Shown: positions 50,799 to 61,384 of the stretch, piece after piece
How the letters are laid out: each line of letters starts with the position of its first letter
Numbering within the stretch: the stretch's first letter is position 1
DNA from: Photobacterium sp.
Lineage (GTDB): Bacteria > Pseudomonadota > Gammaproteobacteria > Enterobacterales > Vibrionaceae
Assembly (NCBI RefSeq): GCF_033720175.1
Contig: NZ_JAWWDA010000018.1
Coordinates: forward strand, 12,556-76,555
DNA length: 64,000 nt
Direction of reading: 5' to 3'
Program-made: the position numbers and the translations under genes
The notes under the pieces: generated by a model
Seen by the model: the letters and a program-made list of their open reading frames with translations, nothing else
Database searches by the model: none
What the model was told of the DNA's origin: nothing

Positions 50799-50814
50799 AG
50801 ACGTCTAGACGGAG
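50799..50814. promoter_or_regulatory. two tandem MetJ boxes at the metK promoter
   Basis: AGACGTCT AGACGGAG (consensus AGACGTCT), immediately after a candidate promoter TTGATT-N16-TATTAT (50771-50798). Confidence 0.6.
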
Positions 50815-50922
50815 GTAGCTCTATACATTCAAACGTATATCCGTATGCATCAAGGTTCTGTATTCCCTTGATTCAGAGCTCCCCATTACCAACCCATAAT
50901 CATATAAAAAGCGAGAGTACGC

Positions 50923-52077
50923 ATGTCGAAGCACCTGTTTACTTCTGAGTCAGTATCAGAAGGCCATCCAGATAAAATTGCAGATCAAATTTCTGATGCA
51001 GTCTTGGATGCGATCCTGGAACAGGATCCAAAAGCACGTGTTGCGTGTGAAACTTACGTCAAGACCGGTATGGTTATGGTCGGTGGTGAAATCACTACCT
51101 CGGCTTGGGTTGATATCGAAGAAATTACCCGTGAGACAATACGTGAAATCGGCTACGTGAACTCTGATATGGGTTTTGATGCCAACTCTTGTGCGGTCCT
51201 GAGCGCAATTGGTAAGCAATCTCCAGACATCAACCAGGGTGTTGACCGTGAAGACCCGCGCGAACTAGGCGCCGGTGATCAGGGCATCATGTTCGGCTAT
51301 GCTACCAACGAAACCGAAATCCTGATGCCGGCACCGATCACTTATGCTCACCGTCTGGTTGAGCGCCAGGCAAAAATTCGTAAGAACGGTACCCTGCCTT
51401 GGCTACGCCCTGATGCGAAAAGCCAGGTAACGTTCGCTTACGATCAAGGCAAAATCGTCGGTATCGATGCCGTCGTCCTTTCAACTCAGCACTGTGACAG
51501 CATTGAGCTGCAAGTACTGCAGGAAGCGGTGATGGAAGAAATCATCAAGCCGGTACTGCCTGCTGAGTGGCTGAACAAAGACACCAAATACTTCATCAAC
51601 CCGACCGGCCGTTTCGTAATCGGTGGCCCAATGGGTGACTGTGGCCTGACTGGCCGTAAGATCATTGTTGACACCTACGGCGGTGCAGCTCGTCACGGTG
51701 GTGGTGCCTTCTCAGGTAAAGATCCATCAAAAGTTGACCGTTCTGCGGCTTACGCTGCACGTTATGTTGCGAAAAACATCGTAGCCGCAGGTCTGGCTGG
51801 CCGTTGTGAAATCCAGCTTTCTTACGCTATCGGCGTTGCGGATCCAACGTCTATCATGGTAGAAACGTTCGGTACTGAAAACGTACCTCATGACGTTATC
51901 GTTGAAGCAATTCGTCAAAATTTCGACCTGCGCCCATACGGCCTGATCGAAATGCTTGACCTACTGAAGCCTATATACCAGAAAACGGCTGCTTACGGTC
52001 ACTTCGGTCGTGAAGAGTTCCCTTGGGAAGCGACTGACAAGGCAGAAATGCTACGCGACTTCGCTAACATCAAGTAA
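50923..52077 (+). CDS. metK: S-adenosylmethionine synthase
   Basis: [27 protein letters not shown]-terminus; 384 aa. Confidence 0.98.
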   Translation: MSKHLFTSESVSEGHPDKIADQISDAVLDAILEQDPKARVACETYVKTGMVMVGGEITTSAWVDIEEITRETIREIGYVNSDMGFDANSCAVLSAIGKQSPDINQGVDREDPRELGAGDQGIMFGYATNETEILMPAPITYAHRLVERQAKIRKNGTLPWLRPDAKSQVTFAYDQGKIVGIDAVVLSTQHCDSIELQVLQEAVMEEIIKPVLPAEWLNKDTKYFINPTGRFVIGGPMGDCGLTGRKIIVDTYGGAARHGGGAFSGKDPSKVDRSAAYAARYVAKNIVAAGLAGRCEIQLSYAIGVADPTSIMVETFGTENVPHDVIVEAIRQNFDLRPYGLIEMLDLLKPIYQKTAAYGHFGREEFPWEATDKAEMLRDFANIK

Positions 52078-52096
52078 GCGACAACGTACTGATTAT

Positions 52097-52127
52097 AAAA
52101 AGGAAGCTTCGGCTTCCTTTTTTTATA
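52097..52127 (+). terminator. intrinsic terminator of metK
   Basis: Stem AGGAAGC/GCTTCCT (52101-52107 / 52112-52118), loop TTCG, then TTTTTTT. Confidence 0.85.
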
Positions 52128-52283
52128 TCTATGGTTCTGGATGAAAAATCGCCCATACTGATAACAACGCAGCTTTCCGCTCTGCCAATAAGATCTAAGG
52201 GCCACAGAGCCATAATGACTCTTCTCCCCCTCACCTCGTTCACGATATACTCCAAGCTACCCTGCAATGAACTTTGGATAACT

Positions 52284-52766
52284 ATGTCCCCCCTTCACAC
52301 CCAAGTCATTGAAAAGACTAAATACTGCATCACACTAGCCGAAGGAAAACTGGGAAAGCGCTTCCCGTTCCCCACAATCAAGTTCAACCAGCGCGGTAAA
52401 ATTGCCGGCAGTGCCCGGCTGCAGGGGTGGGAAGTCCGCTTCAATCCGGTACTGCTTGCAGAAAATCCAGAGGCATTTCTCACCGAGGTCGTTCCTCATG
52501 AGATCGCTCACCTGCTCACCTTCAAGTTATTTGGCCGGGTCCGCCCTCACGGCGCTGAATGGCAGACCATGATGACGCAAGTTTTTGGTATTCCGGCCCG
52601 CACAACACATAGCTTCGATATTCAGTCGGTCAGGGGACAGACCTTCCCCTACTCCTGTTCCTGCAGTGAACATCTGCTTACCATCCGTCGCCATAATAAA
52701 GTGCTTCGCCAACAAGCCGCCTATCACTGCACAAAATGCCGCCAACCGCTAACCCCTGCAATATAG
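52284..52766 (+). CDS. sprT: SprT family zinc metalloprotease
   Basis: HEIAH motif and a C-terminal Cys pairs zinc ribbon. ATG 52284 gives 160 aa, like E. coli SprT; the ORF is open from 52131. Confidence 0.85.
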   Translation: MSPLHTQVIEKTKYCITLAEGKLGKRFPFPTIKFNQRGKIAGSARLQGWEVRFNPVLLAENPEAFLTEVVPHEIAHLLTFKLFGRVRPHGAEWQTMMTQVFGIPARTTHSFDIQSVRGQTFPYSCSCSEHLLTIRRHNKVLRQQAAYHCTKCRQPLTPAI

Positions 52767-52877
52767 ACTGAACTTTTACGCATGAAATGTAATTGACAAC
52801 AATATAAGTGTGAAGTGCTTCTAAATCATAGAAATATTGATAAGCTTGCCGAACAGATCTTCAGCGCAGGATAATCA

Positions 52878-53600
52878 ATGAAAACCTCGTTTAATAAGTG
52901 GCTGGCACTCATGTTGCTGCTTACCGCGACTGCAATATCCACAAGTTCGATAGCAGCGCCGCCAACTTCATTCAGTAAAGCAAAAAAAATCGCCGTGAAG
53001 ATCTATCAGGATCATCCCACCAGCTTTTACTGTGGTTGCGATATACAATGGCAAGGGAAAAAAGGCATACCAGATTTGGCCAGTTGCGGTTATCGGGTAC
53101 GCAAACAGAAAAGACGTGCCAGCCGCATCGAATGGGAACATGTCGTCCCGGCCTGGCAATTTGGCCACCAGCTCCAGTGCTGGCAAGACGGGGGCCGTAA
53201 GAACTGTAAAAAAAATAAGCAGTTCAACCGCATGGAAGCAGATCTTCATAACCTGACCCCCGCGGTTGGTGAGGTCAACGGGGATCGGTCCAATTATCAG
53301 TTTCTGCCGTGGAATGGCAATAGCGGCGCTTTCTACGGCCAGTGCGAGATGAAAATCGATTTCAAAAATCGTCGTGCGGATCCACCGGAACACTCCCGTG
53401 GTGCGATAGCCCGAACCTATCTGTATATGAACCAGGAATACCAGTTCTCTCTCTCCAGACAACAACGCCAATTAATGGAAGCCTGGAACCGTCAGTATCC
53501 GGTAAGTACCTGGGAATGCGAGCGGGATCGCCGCATTGCAAAAGTTCAGGACAGCCATAACCCATTTGTTTTTGCCGCATGTGAGAAAACGGGATACTGA
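52878..53600 (+). CDS. endA: periplasmic endonuclease I
   Basis: Signal peptide, YCGC..., EWEHVVPAW catalytic motif. sprT-endA-rsmE-gshB order. Confidence 0.9.
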   Translation: MKTSFNKWLALMLLLTATAISTSSIAAPPTSFSKAKKIAVKIYQDHPTSFYCGCDIQWQGKKGIPDLASCGYRVRKQKRRASRIEWEHVVPAWQFGHQLQCWQDGGRKNCKKNKQFNRMEADLHNLTPAVGEVNGDRSNYQFLPWNGNSGAFYGQCEMKIDFKNRRADPPEHSRGAIARTYLYMNQEYQFSLSRQQRQLMEAWNRQYPVSTWECERDRRIAKVQDSHNPFVFAACEKTGY

Positions 53601-53803
53601 TTTTAGAGGCGTAGGGCGAGTAACGAGATTGCTTGAAGGTATTCTCGCGACTCGCCACCTACGTTTCGCGACTTTTCATCAGCATTACTCCTTGTTCAGT
53701 CCTCTTTTATATTTTCCGCCACCTTGTAATTTGCCTCAACGGTATCCATGTTAAGATGCAACAAGCGAATAATTTAGACAGTAGACAGGTTATCGATCTC
53801 ACC

Positions 53804-54535
53804 ATGAGAATCCCACGTATTTACCACCCTGAGTCGCTACCGGATCAGGGCAAAGTTATGCTTAGTGATGATGCTGCCAACCATGTTGGCCGGGTCATGC
53901 GTATGCAAGCCGGCCAGGAAATAGAAATGTTCGACGGCAGTGATGCTGAGTTTCCGGCGGTTATCACCCATGCCAGCAAGAAAAGCGTTGAAGTTGAGAT
54001 CCAGTGCCGACGCGAAAACAGTGTCGAATCACCACTCGATATTCACCTCGGCCAGGTGATCTCCCGTGGTGAAAAAATGGAATTCACTATCCAGAAATCG
54101 GTTGAGCTGGGTGTGAACACCATTACACCGCTAATTTCTGAACGCTGTGGCGTCAAACTGAATACTGAACGTTTCGAGAAAAAACTGGCGCAGTGGCAAA
54201 GAATTGCGATCAGTGCCTGTGAGCAGTGCGGCCGTAATACCGTACCGGTGATCCGCCCGGTCATGAGGCTGGAAGAGTGGTGCGCGGAAGAATACGATGG
54301 CCTGAAACTCAACCTCCACCCTCGGGCCAACTACTCGATCAATACCTTACCGGCTCCGGTCACTAAGGTTCGCCTGCTTATTGGCCCTGAAGGCGGCCTG
54401 TCAGCCGAAGAAATCGCGATGACAGAGCAATATAAATTTGATGAAATCCTGCTTGGTCCACGCGTATTGCGTACCGAAACCACAGCGATGACCGCAATCA
54501 CAGCCCTGCAAGTCCGCTTTGGCGATTTGGGCTAA
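53804..54535 (+). CDS. rsmE: 16S rRNA (uracil1498-N3)-methyltransferase RsmE
   Basis: [11 protein letters not shown]-terminus and C-terminal IGPEGGLS...[11 protein letters not shown] motif. ATG 53804 gives 243 aa; the ORF is open from 53633. Confidence 0.9.
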   Translation: MRIPRIYHPESLPDQGKVMLSDDAANHVGRVMRMQAGQEIEMFDGSDAEFPAVITHASKKSVEVEIQCRRENSVESPLDIHLGQVISRGEKMEFTIQKSVELGVNTITPLISERCGVKLNTERFEKKLAQWQRIAISACEQCGRNTVPVIRPVMRLEEWCAEEYDGLKLNLHPRANYSINTLPAPVTKVRLLIGPEGGLSAEEIAMTEQYKFDEILLGPRVLRTETTAMTAITALQVRFGDLG

Positions 54536-54563
54536 CGAGCAGCTCTAATACTAGGAGAGAGAA

Positions 54564-55517
54564 ATGATCAAACTGGGTATCGTGATGGACCCGATTGAGT
54601 CTATCAACATCAAAAAAGATTCCAGCTTTGCCATGATGATGGAAGCTCAGCGTCGCGGCTGGGAAATCCACTACATGGAAATGAACGACCTGTCTTTAGA
54701 GCAGGGCAAAGCTGTCGCTCGTACCCGTGTCGTAAGCCTGAAAGAAGATCCGAACGGCTGGTTTGAATTCACCAGCGAGCAGGAAATCTCCCTGTCTGAT
54801 CTCGACGCTGTACTGATGCGTAAAGATCCGCCGTTTGACACCGAATATATCTACGCAACCTACATTCTTGAGCGCGCTGAAAACGAAGGGGCGCTGATCG
54901 TCAATGAACCTCGCAGCCTGCGTGACTGCAACGAAAAACTGTTCACGGCCTGGTTCCCGGATCTCACCCCGACCACTCTCGTGACCCGTCGTACTGACAA
55001 AATTAAAGCCTTCCATCAAGAGCATGGCGATATCATTTTAAAACCGCTTGACGGCATGGGCGGCTCATCCATTTTCCGTATAATGCATGGCGATCCCAAT
55101 GTCTCGGTGATCATTGAAACGCTGACCAAGCATGGCCAAAACTATTGCATGGCACAAACCTTTGTGCCGGATATCAGCAATGGTGATAAGCGTATTCTGG
55201 TTGTTGACGGCGAGCCGATGCCATATTGCCTGGCCCGTATTCCGGCGGAAGGCGAAACCCGGGGGAACCTGGCGGCAGGAGGCCGCGGTGAAGCGCGTCC
55301 GATCAGCGAAACTGACCGTAAAATCGCAGAAACGGTTGCTCCGGTACTGAAAGAAAAAGGGCTGATTTTTGTCGGTCTGGATATAATTGGCGATAAACTG
55401 ACTGAAATCAACGTCACCAGCCCAACCTGTATTCGCGAAATCGAAGCGGCTTTCGATATCTCAATTACCGGTAAGCTAATGGATGCCATTGAGCGTCGCG
55501 TTGCTGCGCGCGCTTAA
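54564..55517 (+). CDS. gshB: glutathione synthetase
   Basis: MIKLGIVMDPIESINIKKDSSFAMM N-terminus; ATP-grasp; 317 aa. Confidence 0.95.
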   Translation: MIKLGIVMDPIESINIKKDSSFAMMMEAQRRGWEIHYMEMNDLSLEQGKAVARTRVVSLKEDPNGWFEFTSEQEISLSDLDAVLMRKDPPFDTEYIYATYILERAENEGALIVNEPRSLRDCNEKLFTAWFPDLTPTTLVTRRTDKIKAFHQEHGDIILKPLDGMGGSSIFRIMHGDPNVSVIIETLTKHGQNYCMAQTFVPDISNGDKRILVVDGEPMPYCLARIPAEGETRGNLAAGGRGEARPISETDRKIAETVAPVLKEKGLIFVGLDIIGDKLTEINVTSPTCIREIEAAFDISITGKLMDAIERRVAARA

Positions 55518-55563
55518 TCACTCGCGGTTAAGCTAACGCAACGCGATAGTGACTCACTATCAC

Positions 55564-55599
55564 AAAGCGCTGACTTCACCAGAAGACAGCGCTTTTTAT
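55564..55599 (+). terminator. probable intrinsic terminator of gshB
   Basis: Stem AAGCGCTG/CAGCGCTT (55565-55572 / 55587-55594) with a 14-nt loop, then TTTATTT. Confidence 0.55.
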
Positions 55600-55687
55600 T
55601 TAATGATCACCAAAGTGGCTACGTTATACCAATTCCCCCAAATACTCTGCATACTGTAGTTATGAGAACATGTTGTCGGTGTTAGCT

Positions 55688-56251
55688 ATGAATTTAACCA
55701 ATCATTTTCTGGTCGCCATGCCTGGCATGCAAGACCCGCACTTCAAACGTGGCGTCATATATGTTTGTGAGCATAATGAAGAAGGCGCAATGGGCCTTGT
55801 CATCAACCTGCCTATCGAAATTTCTGTCGGCAGCATGCTCGATCAAATTGAAGTGGAACGCCAGCTTCCCGTCAATAATCCCGATAGCCTAGAGCAACAG
55901 GTACTTAACGGTGGTCCGGTCGCGGAAGATCGTGGATTTGTGCTGCATAAGCGTAAAGGCCACTTCGAGTCCAGTATCGATATCAACGAAGAGATATCGA
56001 TAACGACTTCACAAGATATTCTGCCACTGCTGGGAACCAGTGAAGCCCCTGAAAAATTTCTGGTTGCTCTCGGCTATGCCGGATGGTCAGCAGGTCAGCT
56101 AGAGCAGGAACTTGTTGATAATAGCTGGCTGACCATGGAAGCAGACAGTGACATTATTTTTGAAACCCCAATCAGTAAGCGCTGGGATAAAGCCGTCGCC
56201 AAGTTAGGGATTAATTCAGCCAACCTTTCGATAGAAAAAGGACACGCATGA
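55688..56251 (+). CDS. yqgE: UPF0301 (AlgH/YqgE) family protein
   Basis: [30 protein letters not shown] matches the YqgE N-terminus. ATG 55688 was chosen. Confidence 0.9.
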   Translation: MNLTNHFLVAMPGMQDPHFKRGVIYVCEHNEEGAMGLVINLPIEISVGSMLDQIEVERQLPVNNPDSLEQQVLNGGPVAEDRGFVLHKRKGHFESSIDINEEISITTSQDILPLLGTSEAPEKFLVALGYAGWSAGQLEQELVDNSWLTMEADSDIIFETPISKRWDKAVAKLGINSANLSIEKGHA

Positions 56252-56676
56252 GCGCCTCACGCAGTGTATTAGCATTTGATTACGGCACCAAAAGTATTGG
56301 TGTTGCCATTGGCCAGGAATTAACTGGCACAGCAAGCCCTTTAGCCGCCTTAAAAGCCAAAGATGGGATTCCCAGCTGGGAAGCGATAGAAAAACTGCTG
56401 AAAGAATGGCAACCGGATTTAGTGGTCGTCGGCCTGCCGCTCGATTTAAGAGGGGGAGAGCTGGAAACCATTACCCCACGCGCAAAGAAATTTGCCAACC
56501 GGCTGCACGGTCGCTTTGGTTGCGTGGTTGAACTGCATGACGAACGGCTGAGCACTGTTGAAGCTAAATCGGATCTGTTTGATCGTGGCGGTTACCGTTC
56601 GTTGAGCAAAGGGAATATCGATTCACAATCGGCTGTCGTGATCCTGGAAAGCTGGTTCGAACGCCAGTACGGTTAA
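56248..56676 (+). CDS. ruvX: putative pre-16S rRNA nuclease / Holliday junction resolvase-like RuvX (YqgF)
   Basis: [16 protein letters not shown]-terminal RNase H-like motif. Start overlaps the yqgE stop. Confidence 0.9.
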   Translation: MSASRSVLAFDYGTKSIGVAIGQELTGTASPLAALKAKDGIPSWEAIEKLLKEWQPDLVVVGLPLDLRGGELETITPRAKKFANRLHGRFGCVVELHDERLSTVEAKSDLFDRGGYRSLSKGNIDSQSAVVILESWFERQYG

Positions 56677-56716
56677 TCGAGTATCGAGTATTGAGCTCTC
56701 AATGCTTCGATACTCG
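56675..56716. repeat. hairpin-forming member of the heptamer family directly after the ruvX stop
   Basis: AATCGAG TATCGAG TATTGAG | CTCTCAA TGCTTCG ATACTCG. The arms CGAGTATCGAGTATTGAG / CTCAATGCTTCGATACTCG are nearly complementary around GAGCTC. There is no T run on either strand. Confidence 0.8.
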
Positions 56717-56985
56717 GTCAAAAAAACCATCGCTCCCTCCTGTACAGCTTTCCACCTAAGATCCAGCGCCAAGCTGCCCTCTCTAAATACACCTTAAGAT
56801 CTTAACTCAAGGATCCCCTGTTTATCGGGTCTGATCAGCTTGTACAGCTTTTTGACTACTATAACCCAAAAGCTGTATTTGCTGTACAGTAAGATCTTGG
56901 GATTATTTATTGGCAATAAATATCAATACGTTATCTTTCATGTACAGCACTTACAGCTTTAGGATCATGGGAGGTAGAAAACTGA

Positions 56986-58092
56986 TCAGCCCATATCAAC
57001 CGTCACCCCGTCTAAGGCGCTGCCGCCCATCTGTTCTTGATTGCCCACCTTGATCATCAAACGCAGATCATTGGCCGAATCCGCATGGTGCAAGGCATCC
57101 TGCTCGCTGATCTTGCCACCACAGAACAACTGATACAGCGATTGATCAAACGTCACCATGCCGGACTCGCCCGACTTGGTCATGACACCTTTAATCTCAT
57201 GTAACTCACCTCGGCGGATCAAATCGGCAACCCGCGGGGTATTGATCAACAGCTCAAAGGCGGCATGCCTCCCCTCTCCTTGCGCATCAGGGACCAACTG
57301 CTGAGCCAGGATACATTTCAGATTCAATGACAGATCAAACAAGAACTGTTCGCGCCGCTCTTTCGGGACCAGGTGCAAAATTCGCTCAAGTGCCTGGTTA
57401 GCATTGTTAGCGTGCAGGGTTGCCATACAAAGGTGGCCGGTTTCGGCAAAATTCATTGCATACCCCATCGTTTCCGGGGTACGAACCTCGCCAATCAGAA
57501 TCATATCCGGCGCCTGGCGTAGTGAATTTTTCAGCGCCACTTCATAGCTTTCGGTATCCAGCCCCACTTCACGCTGGGTAACAATACAACGGTTATGCTT
57601 ATGCACAAATTCAATCGGATCTTCAACGGTCAAAATATGGCCGCTGGAGTTCTTATTGCGAAAGCCGGTCATTGCCGCCATTGAGGTGGATTTACCCGAT
57701 CCGGTCGCACCGACCACCAGCACCAGGCCGCGCTTTGCCAGCACCATTTCCTGCATATCGACGGGCAGGCTTAGCTCAGACAGATCCGGGATCTCGGTTT
57801 CGATCCGGCGGACAACCATCCCCGGCAACTCTCGCTGCCAGAAGGCACTGACGCGAAAGCGCAGATCCCCTCTGACTAACGCATAATTGGCTTCTCGACT
57901 AGCAACAAACTCTGCGGATAGCTCGCTATCCATTGCTTCATCAAATAGTGCATCGACCCTGTTCCGTGTCAGTACCTCACCCAGTGCATGCAAGTTGCCG
58001 TCAATACGCAACAGGCAAGGTGAATCAACCGTAATATACAGATCCGACGCTTTACGGCTCACGACTTCGTTGAGGATCTCTTGCAGCTTCAT
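56986..58092 (-). CDS. pilU: type IV pilus retraction ATPase PilU
   Basis: Collinear with PilU (Walker A GATGSGKST, LHANNANQALERI). ATG 58092 gives 368 aa; the ORF is open to 58173. Confidence 0.9.
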   Translation of the reverse strand: MKLQEILNEVVSRKASDLYITVDSPCLLRIDGNLHALGEVLTRNRVDALFDEAMDSELSAEFVASREANYALVRGDLRFRVSAFWQRELPGMVVRRIETEIPDLSELSLPVDMQEMVLAKRGLVLVVGATGSGKSTSMAAMTGFRNKNSSGHILTVEDPIEFVHKHNRCIVTQREVGLDTESYEVALKNSLRQAPDMILIGEVRTPETMGYAMNFAETGHLCMATLHANNANQALERILHLVPKERREQFLFDLSLNLKCILAQQLVPDAQGEGRHAAFELLINTPRVADLIRRGELHEIKGVMTKSGESGMVTFDQSLYQLFCGGKISEQDALHHADSANDLRLMIKVGNQEQMGGSALDGVTVDMG

Positions 58093-58144
58093 TCTCGTTC
58101 CTTCGTCATCTATTTCGTTTTCAGGATAGGTAGTGGCTGGGGCA

Positions 58145-59182
58145 TTACAGAATGGAGGTTGAACCATCGACAATCCTGCGACCTTCTTCTGCTTCTACCA
58201 TCCCTTGTGCCACCAGCATCTTAATACTCTGCTCTATCGTTTGCATTCCCAGCGCAGAACCGGTCTGGATCATCGAATACATCTGCGCCACTTTATCTTC
58301 GCGGATCAGGTTTCGAATCGCCGGTGACGCCATCATAATTTCATGGGCCGCAACCCGGCCGCCACTGACGCACTTAAGCAGGTGTTGTGACACCACGGTA
58401 CGTAACGATTCTGACAGCATAGAGCGTACCATCGCTTTATCATTGCCCGGGAACACATCAATGATCCGGTCGACGGTTTTCGCTGCCGAACTGGTGTGTA
58501 AAGTGCCTAACACTAAGTGGCCAGTTTCGGCTGCTGTCAGCGCCAGACTAATCGTTTCTTTGTCGCGTAATTCTCCGACAACGATAACATCCGGATCTTC
58601 ACGCAGTGATGAACGCAGCGCATTGTGGAAGCTATGGGTATCACGGTGCACTTCACGCTGGTTAATCAAACTGCGTTTGCTGCGGTGAACAAATTCAACC
58701 GGATCTTCAATCGTCAGAATATGACGGTTGTAGTTTTCATTAATATAATCAACCAGCGATGCGATAGTGGTCGATTTACCCGAGCCAGTGGCTCCGGTTA
58801 CCAGCACTAAACCACGCTGACACTGAGCAATTTTATAGAACACCTCAGGCACATTAAGTGACTCGAGGGTGGGAATCTCGACAGGGATGGTACGGAACAC
58901 CGCAGCACTGCCTCGGGATTGATGGAAGGCATTGACCCGGAAGCGGCCAACATTCGGTAATTCAAACGAAAAATCAACTTCCAGCTTTTCTTCGTATTCA
59001 CGGCGCTGCGCATCGTTCATAATGTCAAACATTAAACGATGTACATCAGAATGCTCTAACGATGGCAAACTGAGTTTTCTTACATCACCGTCCACTCTGA
59101 TCATTGGCGGTACACCAGCAGAAAGGTGCAGATCAGAGGCGTTATGTTTTACACTAAAGTCCAGCAGTTCGGTGATATCCAT
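58145..59182 (-). CDS. pilT: type IV pilus twitching-motility ATPase PilT
   Basis: MDITELLDFSVKHNASDLHLSAG N-terminus, Walker A GATGSGKST, AIRNLIREDK motif. ATG 59182. Confidence 0.93.
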   Translation of the reverse strand: MDITELLDFSVKHNASDLHLSAGVPPMIRVDGDVRKLSLPSLEHSDVHRLMFDIMNDAQRREYEEKLEVDFSFELPNVGRFRVNAFHQSRGSAAVFRTIPVEIPTLESLNVPEVFYKIAQCQRGLVLVTGATGSGKSTTIASLVDYINENYNRHILTIEDPVEFVHRSKRSLINQREVHRDTHSFHNALRSSLREDPDVIVVGELRDKETISLALTAAETGHLVLGTLHTSSAAKTVDRIIDVFPGNDKAMVRSMLSESLRTVVSQHLLKCVSGGRVAAHEIMMASPAIRNLIREDKVAQMYSMIQTGSALGMQTIEQSIKMLVAQGMVEAEEGRRIVDGSTSIL

Positions 59183-59205
59183 TAATTTTCCCCACAGAAT
59201 CAATT

Positions 59206-59907
59206 ATGAGTAGTATCAAACAAAACATTGAACAGGTCATCACTCAGATAACCTCTGCGGCCGAAAAATGCGGTCGAGCAACAGATTCCGTGCAATTATT
59301 GGCGGTAAGTAAAACCAAACCGATAGCTGCAATCGACGAAGCGATCACTGCCGGCCACCGCGCATTTGGTGAAAACTACGTGCAGGAAGGGGTCGAAAAG
59401 GTGCAGCATTTTGCTGATAGCCCCTATGCAGACCAGCTCGTCTGGCATTTTATTGGCCCTATCCAGTCCAATAAAACCCGTTTAATCGCCGAGCATTTTG
59501 ACTGGGTACACTCTATTGACCGGGCTAAGATAGCCCGTCGCCTGAGTGAGCAACGCCCAACCGGGCTGCCGCCATTGAATGTACTGTTGCAGGTTAATAC
59601 CAGCAACGAGGAGAGTAAATCAGGGGTTAGCTTTGCCGAATTACCGGCATTGGCTGACGAGATTGCCAGTATGCCTAATCTGGTTCTGCGCGGCCTGATG
59701 TCAATTCCACAACAGGCCGACAGTTATGACAGCCAGTATGCCGCCTTTAAGTCACTGGCCGATGCTCAGCAGCAACTGCGGGCTAAACATCCGCAGCTCG
59801 ATACCCTGTCGATGGGAATGAGTGGCGACATGGAAGCCGCGATTGCAGCAGGCAGCACGATGGTCCGTATTGGTACGGCAATTTTTGGTGCGAGAGATTA
59901 TAAATAA
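59206..59907 (+). CDS. yggS: PLP homeostasis protein YggS (alanine-racemase-fold)
   Basis: LLAVSKTKP PLP-lysine motif; 233 aa. Divergent from pilT with only 23 nt between start codons. Confidence 0.9.
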   Translation: MSSIKQNIEQVITQITSAAEKCGRATDSVQLLAVSKTKPIAAIDEAITAGHRAFGENYVQEGVEKVQHFADSPYADQLVWHFIGPIQSNKTRLIAEHFDWVHSIDRAKIARRLSEQRPTGLPPLNVLLQVNTSNEESKSGVSFAELPALADEIASMPNLVLRGLMSIPQQADSYDSQYAAFKSLADAQQQLRAKHPQLDTLSMGMSGDMEAAIAAGSTMVRIGTAIFGARDYK

Positions 59908-60001
59908 TCATCAGGGCAAGAAACGAGTCTAGAGATTTGAAGGGATTTTACCTCGAAACCAGAGCCGCGCACACTCGGCACTTTACACACAAGGATTTTA
60001 T

Positions 60002-60820
60002 ATGGAACAACGCTCAATCACTTTCATTGGTGCCGGCAACATGGCGCGCTCCATCATCGCCGGTTTAGTCGCCAGCGGTTATGCCGCCGACAAGATCACC
60101 GCCACCGCGCCCAGTGCTGCGCGACGGGAACCGCTGGCCCGGGATTACGGCATTCATACCGATTCCGATAACTGCCGTGCTGCCGGGCAAGCCGATGTCA
60201 TTGTACTTGCCGTTAAGCCGCAGTTAATGGAAAGCGTATGTAATGAACTGCAGGACATTAATTTTGCCGGCAAGCTGGTAATTTCAATTGCTGCCGGGAT
60301 CTCAGTTGCGCGCCTCAATGAAATGCTGAATACCGAACTGAATCTGGTCCGGGTAATGCCCAACACACCATCATTAATCGGCAAAGGCATGAGTGGCCTG
60401 TTTGCGCCACCGGCGGTGCCTGCAGAAGATAAAACCTTCGCCGAAAATCTGATGCAAGCGGTAGGCGAAGTCTGCTGGGTTGAGCAAGAATCTGGGATTA
60501 ACGGTATCATTGCCGCGGCAGGTAGTGCGCCGGCGTATTTCTTCTTGTTCATGGAAGCCATGCAGGCAGAAGCGATTAAGCAGGGGTTTTCCCCAGATAC
60601 CGCCCGTCAGTTGGTACAGCAGTCAGCATTGGGTGCGGCGGAACTGGTGGTAGCGAACCCGGATACCGAGCTGGCAACCCTGCGTGAGCAGGTAACATCC
60701 AAAGGCGGAACCACCGCTGAAGCACTACGCACATTTAATGAACACCAACTTAGTGATATCGTAGCCAAAGCAATGCGTGCTGCTGTATCTCGCGCTCAAG
60801 AAATGGAAAAACTGTTTTAA
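60002..60820 (+). CDS. proC: pyrroline-5-carboxylate reductase
   Basis: ITFIGAGNMA NADP motif and C-terminal SKGGTTAEAL motif. Confidence 0.95.
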   Translation: MEQRSITFIGAGNMARSIIAGLVASGYAADKITATAPSAARREPLARDYGIHTDSDNCRAAGQADVIVLAVKPQLMESVCNELQDINFAGKLVISIAAGISVARLNEMLNTELNLVRVMPNTPSLIGKGMSGLFAPPAVPAEDKTFAENLMQAVGEVCWVEQESGINGIIAAAGSAPAYFFLFMEAMQAEAIKQGFSPDTARQLVQQSALGAAELVVANPDTELATLREQVTSKGGTTAEALRTFNEHQLSDIVAKAMRAAVSRAQEMEKLF

Positions 60821-60829
60821 GGTTAACTT

Positions 60830-61384
60830 ATGAATTCTATTGGTTTTTTAGTAAGTACTGCATTCGATCTCTATATCATGATCGTATTGCTAAGAATTTG
60901 GCTCCAGTGGGCCCGTGCTGATTTCTACAATCCGTTCTCTCAATTTGTAGTAAAAGCCACCCAGCCGGTTGTTGGGCCGCTACGCCGTATGATCCCACCG
61001 ATTGGCGGCTTAGATTTAGCGACGTTAATCTTCGCTTATCTGTTAAGCATGGGTAAGTTCTTAATCCTGCAATTAGTCTTAAATGGCACGATCTTATTTA
61101 GCCCGGAATTCCTCTGGATTGGCGGTCTGTCACTGCTGAAAGCCGCTGGCGGCCTACTGTTCTGGGTACTGCTGATCCGCGCAATTCTAAGCTGGGTAAG
61201 CCAGGGACGCAGCCCTATCGAGTTCGTGATGCACCAGTTAACGGAACCGATGACCGCACCCATTCGCCGTATTATCCCTGCAATGGGTGGTCTTGACCTG
61301 AGTGTCTTGGTGCTGTTCATTGGCCTGCAATTCGCCAATTTCTTAATGGGTGATCTGATCGGTCCAATCTGGTTCCAGCTATGA
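60830..61384 (+). CDS. yggT: YggT family membrane protein
   Basis: Two YggT repeats with four TM helices. proC-yggT-yggU order. Confidence 0.85.
   Translation: MNSIGFLVSTAFDLYIMIVLLRIWLQWARADFYNPFSQFVVKATQPVVGPLRRMIPPIGGLDLATLIFAYLLSMGKFLILQLVLNGTILFSPEFLWIGGLSLLKAAGGLLFWVLLIRAILSWVSQGRSPIEFVMHQLTEPMTAPIRRIIPAMGGLDLSVLVLFIGLQFANFLMGDLIGPIWFQL

Noticed and set aside
56678-56716. The hairpin directly after ruvX as its intrinsic terminator.
   Set aside because: No T run follows the stem on the plus strand, and on the minus strand the T run precedes the stem. It fits the heptamer-repeat family better than a canonical terminator.
56872-56888. A LexA SOS-box-like CTGT...ACAG in the ruvX-pilU spacer.
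   Set aside because: The spacing is CTGT-N9-ACAG, not the required N8, and the flanking TA positions do not match.
56901-56924. The AT-rich palindrome GATTATTTATTGGCAATAAATATC as a Fur box or a LuxR/HapR/SmcR site.
   Set aside because: Alignment to the 19-bp Fur consensus matches only a few positions. LuxR-type sites have TTATTG and CAATAA half-sites separated by about 10 nt, whereas here they are separated by 1 nt.
56831-56990. The two CTGATCAGC copies as RctB-type iterons or a crtS-like chromosome-2 licensing site.
   Set aside because: The only resemblance I can state is the methylatable TGATCA core. I cannot recall the iteron or crtS sequences well enough to score a match, and the genomic neighbourhood is not the one I remember for crtS. 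The idea is kept only as something a proper motif scan could exclude.
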